47,011 nt of DNA from the NCBI GenBank assembly GCA_045645785.1, contig JAZRJN010000043.1, positions 1 through 47,011 of the forward strand, written 5' to 3'. Shown here one piece after another: positions 44,101-47,011 of the stretch. The stretch's first letter is position 1; each line of letters opens with the position of its first letter. Source of the DNA: Candidatus Aphodosoma sp. Its GTDB lineage: Bacteria; Bacteroidota; Bacteroidia; Bacteroidales; Paludibacteraceae. The notes beneath the pieces are model-generated. The model saw only the letters and a program-made list of their open reading frames with translations, was not told the origin of the DNA and searched no databases. Position numbers and translations under genes: made by a program.

Positions 44101-44108
44101 TATCTTTG
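44101..44108 (+). promoter_or_regulatory. Candidate -7 box (TATCTTTG) for dcp
   Basis: TATCTTTG lies 103 nt upstream of the dcp ATG. The nearest upstream TTTG (44085-44088) is only 12 nt away, so the -33 element is unconvincing. Confidence 0.35.
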
Positions 44109-44210
44109 CAAATTGTTAAATGCGTGCACACGCGAACCTTATAATGGGAAAATTTAAGCACCAAACAAACAAGCCTTAAATCACTAATACTTAAATACTT
44201 ATTACAAACA

Positions 44211-46310
44211 ATGAAAAAATTATTTTTAACAGTAGCAACAGCAGCTATGATGTTTGCATGTACAAACAATGCGGGTAAAAATCCGTTTTTGACAGAATGG
44301 AACACTCCAGAAGGTGTACCTCCATTTGAACAAATCAAAGCAGAGCACTATTTGCCTGCATTTGAAGAGGGTATCAAACAACAACAAGCCGAAATTGAGG
44401 CAATTATCAACAATCCAGAGGCTCCAACATTCGAGAATACTCTTGAGGCAATGGATAAATCTGGTCGTTTGTTGTCGAAAGTGGCTTTGGTATTCTTCAA
44501 TATCACAGAAAGCGATGGTTCTGAAGAATTAACTAAAGTTCAAGAAGTTGTATTGCCATTGGTAAGCGCACATAGCGACAATATCTACATGGACGCACGT
44601 TTGTTTGAACGCGTGAAAGCTGTGTATGAAGGTCGTGACGCAATGAACTACACAGTAGAACAAAATCGTTTGTTAGACAAAGTTTACAATGCATTCGTTC
44701 GCAACGGTATCTCATTGCCAGAAGATAAACAAGCACGTATGCGTGAAATCAATGCTGAACTTTCGACATTGCAACAAAAATTCGGCAACAATTTGTTGGC
44801 AGAAACAAATGCTTTCAAACTTGTGCTTGAATCGGAAGAAGATTTAGCAGGTTTGCCTGAAGCAGTGCGCACAGCAGCAGCTGAAGCAGCAAAAGCTGAA
44901 GGTTTGGAAGGTAAATGGGTGATTGGTTTGCAAAATCCAAGCCGTATTCCTTTCTTGCAATACAGCGAACGCCGCGACTTGCGCGAAAAAGTTTACAAAG
45001 CATACATCGAACGTGGTAACAACGGCAACGAAAACGACAACAAAGAAATCGTGTTGCAAATCATGAAATTGCGTATCGAGAAAGCTAACTTGCTCGGTTT
45101 TGAAACATCGGCAGACTTTATCCTCGACGATACAATGGCTAAAAAATCAGACGTTGTGAACTCATTCTTGCTTGATATCTTCAAAGCTGCTAATGAAAAA
45201 GCAAAAGCAGAATTGGCTGAAATGCAAGCAATTGCAGACCGCGAAGGTAACGGTGTGAAAGTAGAAGCTTGGGACTGGGATTACTACACTGAAAAAGTAC
45301 GTCAAGAAAAATATGCTATGAGCGAAGACGAAATCAAACCATACTTCCAAATGGAAAACGTTCGCGCAGGTATGTTTGCATTGGCTAACCGCCTCTATGG
45401 TTTGAACTTCGAAAAATTGAACGATATGCCATTGTTCAACCCAGAAGCAGAATGCTTTAAAGTGACAGACAAAGATGGCTCTTTGATTGGTATTTTCTAT
45501 ACAGACTACTACCCACGCGCATCAAAACGCGGTGGTGCATGGATGACAAACTTCCGTGAACAATATATCAACGAAGAAGGTAAAGACGTTCGTCCAGTGG
45601 TTATCAATATTGGTAACTTCACAAAACCAACAGCTACTACTCCATCATTGCTCACATTGGATGAAACAGAGACTATGTTCCACGAATTCGGTCACGGCTT
45701 GCACGGTTTGTTGGCAAAAGCTAACTATGTATCTGTAAGCGGTACTAACGTGGCACGCGACTTCGTTGAGTTGCCATCACAAATCATGGAAAACTGGGCA
45801 TTCGAACCAGAAGTGCTTGCAATGTATGCAAAACACTATCAAACAGGCGAATTGATTCCTAATGAAATCATCGAAAAAATTAATGCTTCATCTACATTCA
45901 ATCAAGGATTTATGACTACAGAATTGACTGCAGCAGCTATCCTTGACATGAACTGGCACGACCTCAAATCGATAGAAGGCATCACTGACCCTATCGCATT
46001 TGAAAAAGAGATGATGGACAAAATTGGCTTGATTCCTGAAATCGCTCCTCGTTATCGTACAACTTACTTCAACCACATTTGGGCAGGCGGTTATAGCGCT
46101 GGTTATTATAGCTATTTGTGGGCAGAAGTGTTGGATAAAGATGCTTACGCATTGTTCAAAGAAAAAGGTATCTTCGATCAAGAAACAGCACAAAAATTCC
46201 GCACATTGCTCGAAAAAGGTGGTACTGAAGACCCTATGAAATTGTATCGCGACTTCCGTGGTGCAGAGCCAAATCCAGAGGCTATGCTCATTGGACGCGG
46301 TTTAAAATAG
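44211..46310 (+). CDS. dcp: Peptidyl-dipeptidase Dcp (M3 family zinc metallopeptidase), secreted/lipoprotein
   Basis: 699-aa ORF with signal/lipobox MKKLFLTVATAAMMFAC, zinc motif HEFGHGLH, and M3 family length and architecture. Confidence 0.9.
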   Translation: MKKLFLTVATAAMMFACTNNAGKNPFLTEWNTPEGVPPFEQIKAEHYLPAFEEGIKQQQAEIEAIINNPEAPTFENTLEAMDKSGRLLSKVALVFFNITESDGSEELTKVQEVVLPLVSAHSDNIYMDARLFERVKAVYEGRDAMNYTVEQNRLLDKVYNAFVRNGISLPEDKQARMREINAELSTLQQKFGNNLLAETNAFKLVLESEEDLAGLPEAVRTAAAEAAKAEGLEGKWVIGLQNPSRIPFLQYSERRDLREKVYKAYIERGNNGNENDNKEIVLQIMKLRIEKANLLGFETSADFILDDTMAKKSDVVNSFLLDIFKAANEKAKAELAEMQAIADREGNGVKVEAWDWDYYTEKVRQEKYAMSEDEIKPYFQMENVRAGMFALANRLYGLNFEKLNDMPLFNPEAECFKVTDKDGSLIGIFYTDYYPRASKRGGAWMTNFREQYINEEGKDVRPVVINIGNFTKPTATTPSLLTLDETETMFHEFGHGLHGLLAKANYVSVSGTNVARDFVELPSQIMENWAFEPEVLAMYAKHYQTGELIPNEIIEKINASSTFNQGFMTTELTAAAILDMNWHDLKSIEGITDPIAFEKEMMDKIGLIPEIAPRYRTTYFNHIWAGGYSAGYYSYLWAEVLDKDAYALFKEKGIFDQETAQKFRTLLEKGGTEDPMKLYRDFRGAEPNPEAMLIGRGLK

Positions 46311-46576
46311 TAGCGAGTAGCAAGATAAGAGTAACAAGACTTTACTCGCTCCGCTCGTTTTAGATTTTGATATGCGGACTTGAGTGCTCCGCATATCAAC
46401 AAAATTTTGAAAGTTGAGAGGTTAAAGTACCATTTGGCATTATAAATTCGCACACGGAATACACGGAACTCACGGAAATTTTCACCTCCCATAAACATAA
46501 ATAATACTAATATTTTCCACCTTTCGATTCGCTCTTTTGCTATCGCAAAAATCGCTCTACGGATAACACGGAAGCC
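46309..46576 (+). repeat. 268-nt intergenic region composed almost entirely of concatenated repeat modules
   Basis: The modules in order are: GAGTAGC-class heptads (46309-46338, starting inside the dcp stop codon); S module tttactcgctccgctcgtttt; a 12-bp hairpin; ttgaaag ttgagag gttaaag; P module taccatttggcattataaatt; acacggaat acacggaac tcacggaaa; ttttcacctccc; and acacggaag just before the next ATG. Confidence 0.9.
46367..46399 (+). terminator. Strong stem-loop downstream of dcp (probable terminator)
   Basis: Perfect 12-bp stem TTGATATGCGGA-cttgagtgc-TCCGCATATCAA. Only a weak T-run (caaaatttt) follows. Confidence 0.55.
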
Positions 46577-47011
46577 ATGAGACCTGCACGAATAAATATC
46601 ACAAAATTTTTCACACAACCAAATGTGGCAAATATTGCTATCAGTGTGGTTGTAAGTGGATTGTTGTGGTTTTTGTTCAATGCTCAAACAGAAAATGACT
46701 ATGTTCAAATGTTGTTTATGAAGCATTTTGTGCTATGGTCATTGCCAATAATATGGTCAAGAATATTAGGATTTATAGCGATTGTGGGGTTGATGACATG
46801 GATGATGTTTTTGTGTAACAATTTGCAAATCATACCTGTGCGCTCATCAATGCCATTAACTGTCGGCATTGTAATGGCAGGATGCATTGGCTATATTCAA
46901 CCATTCGACGAAAGTTATATAGCAGCTGTGTTTTTTATCTTGGCATTGAAAGAATTGATACAGATGTATAACTTTGAAACACAGGTAGCTGCATCATTTA
47001 ATATCACATTA
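46577..47011 (+). CDS. Hypothetical multi-pass membrane protein, 5' partial (runs off window end)
   Basis: Not in the ORF track (no stop in the window). From ATG 46577 it is open for 145 codons: MRPARINITKFFTQPNVANIAISVVVSGLLWFLF...ILGFIAIVGLMTWMMFL...LTVGIVMAGCIGY...AAVFFILAL, with several hydrophobic helices. Confidence 0.55.
   Translation, partial: MRPARINITKFFTQPNVANIAISVVVSGLLWFLFNAQTENDYVQMLFMKHFVLWSLPIIWSRILGFIAIVGLMTWMMFLCNNLQIIPVRSSMPLTVGIVMAGCIGYIQPFDESYIAAVFFILALKELIQMYNFETQVAASFNITL

Noticed and set aside
44027-44338. 103-aa minus-strand ORF across the dcp promoter and start
   Set aside because: It is antisense to the dcp start and its upstream region, AT-rich and low-complexity, with no motif.
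46178-46726. 182-aa minus-strand ORF spanning the dcp 3' end and the mosaic intergenic region
   Set aside because: It overlaps the dcp coding end and the start of the downstream membrane protein. Much of it is translated from repeat modules, which are open in all frames on this strand by construction. It has no motif.

Overview
A 47-kb chromosomal window from a low-GC Bacteroidota genome, probably Bacteroidales. This is suggested by a SusC/SusD pair, T9SS C-terminal sorting domains, a long NagB-LmbE fusion, TTTG/TAnnTTTG promoters and no Shine-Dalgarno signals. I call 32 CDS (28 on the minus strand) and one transposase remnant. Three of them are not in the supplied ORF track: the edge-truncated phosphodiester glycosidase at 1..2028, the 59-aa xseB, and the partial membrane protein at 46577..47011. 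Left third: a MurK-like kinase and murQ precede a SusC/SusD locus. That locus has two lipoproteins, a GHL10-like hydrolase and a T9SS-sorted protein, followed by an NAGPA-like phosphodiester glycosidase. Divergent from it is an XRE-S24 repressor plus long nagB operon, with a 27-bp perfect palindrome inside its promoter. Middle (19.2-25.9 kb): an uncharacterised four-gene cell-surface cluster. Right half: housekeeping genes (polyprenyl synthase, uvrB, birA, dacB, PAP2, rpoN, folE, SPOR, C26-M19 fusion, ABC-2 permease, cls, ribD, xseB, xseA, mnmA, dcp). The most unusual signal is a dispersed, strictly co-oriented modular repeat family at 26 or more loci. It is built from tandem 7-nt and 9-nt units plus a few hairpin, C-tract and other modules. 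These elements fill most intergenic gaps and supply start codons, stop codons and signal-peptide cores. They also sit in frame inside conserved enzymes (xseA, mnmA, uvrB, birA, ribD, dacB, an ABC permease and a C26-M19 peptidase). A RayT/IS200-like transposase remnant in the window is a candidate link to how they spread. All domain calls rest on motif recognition from the translations; no database search was possible.
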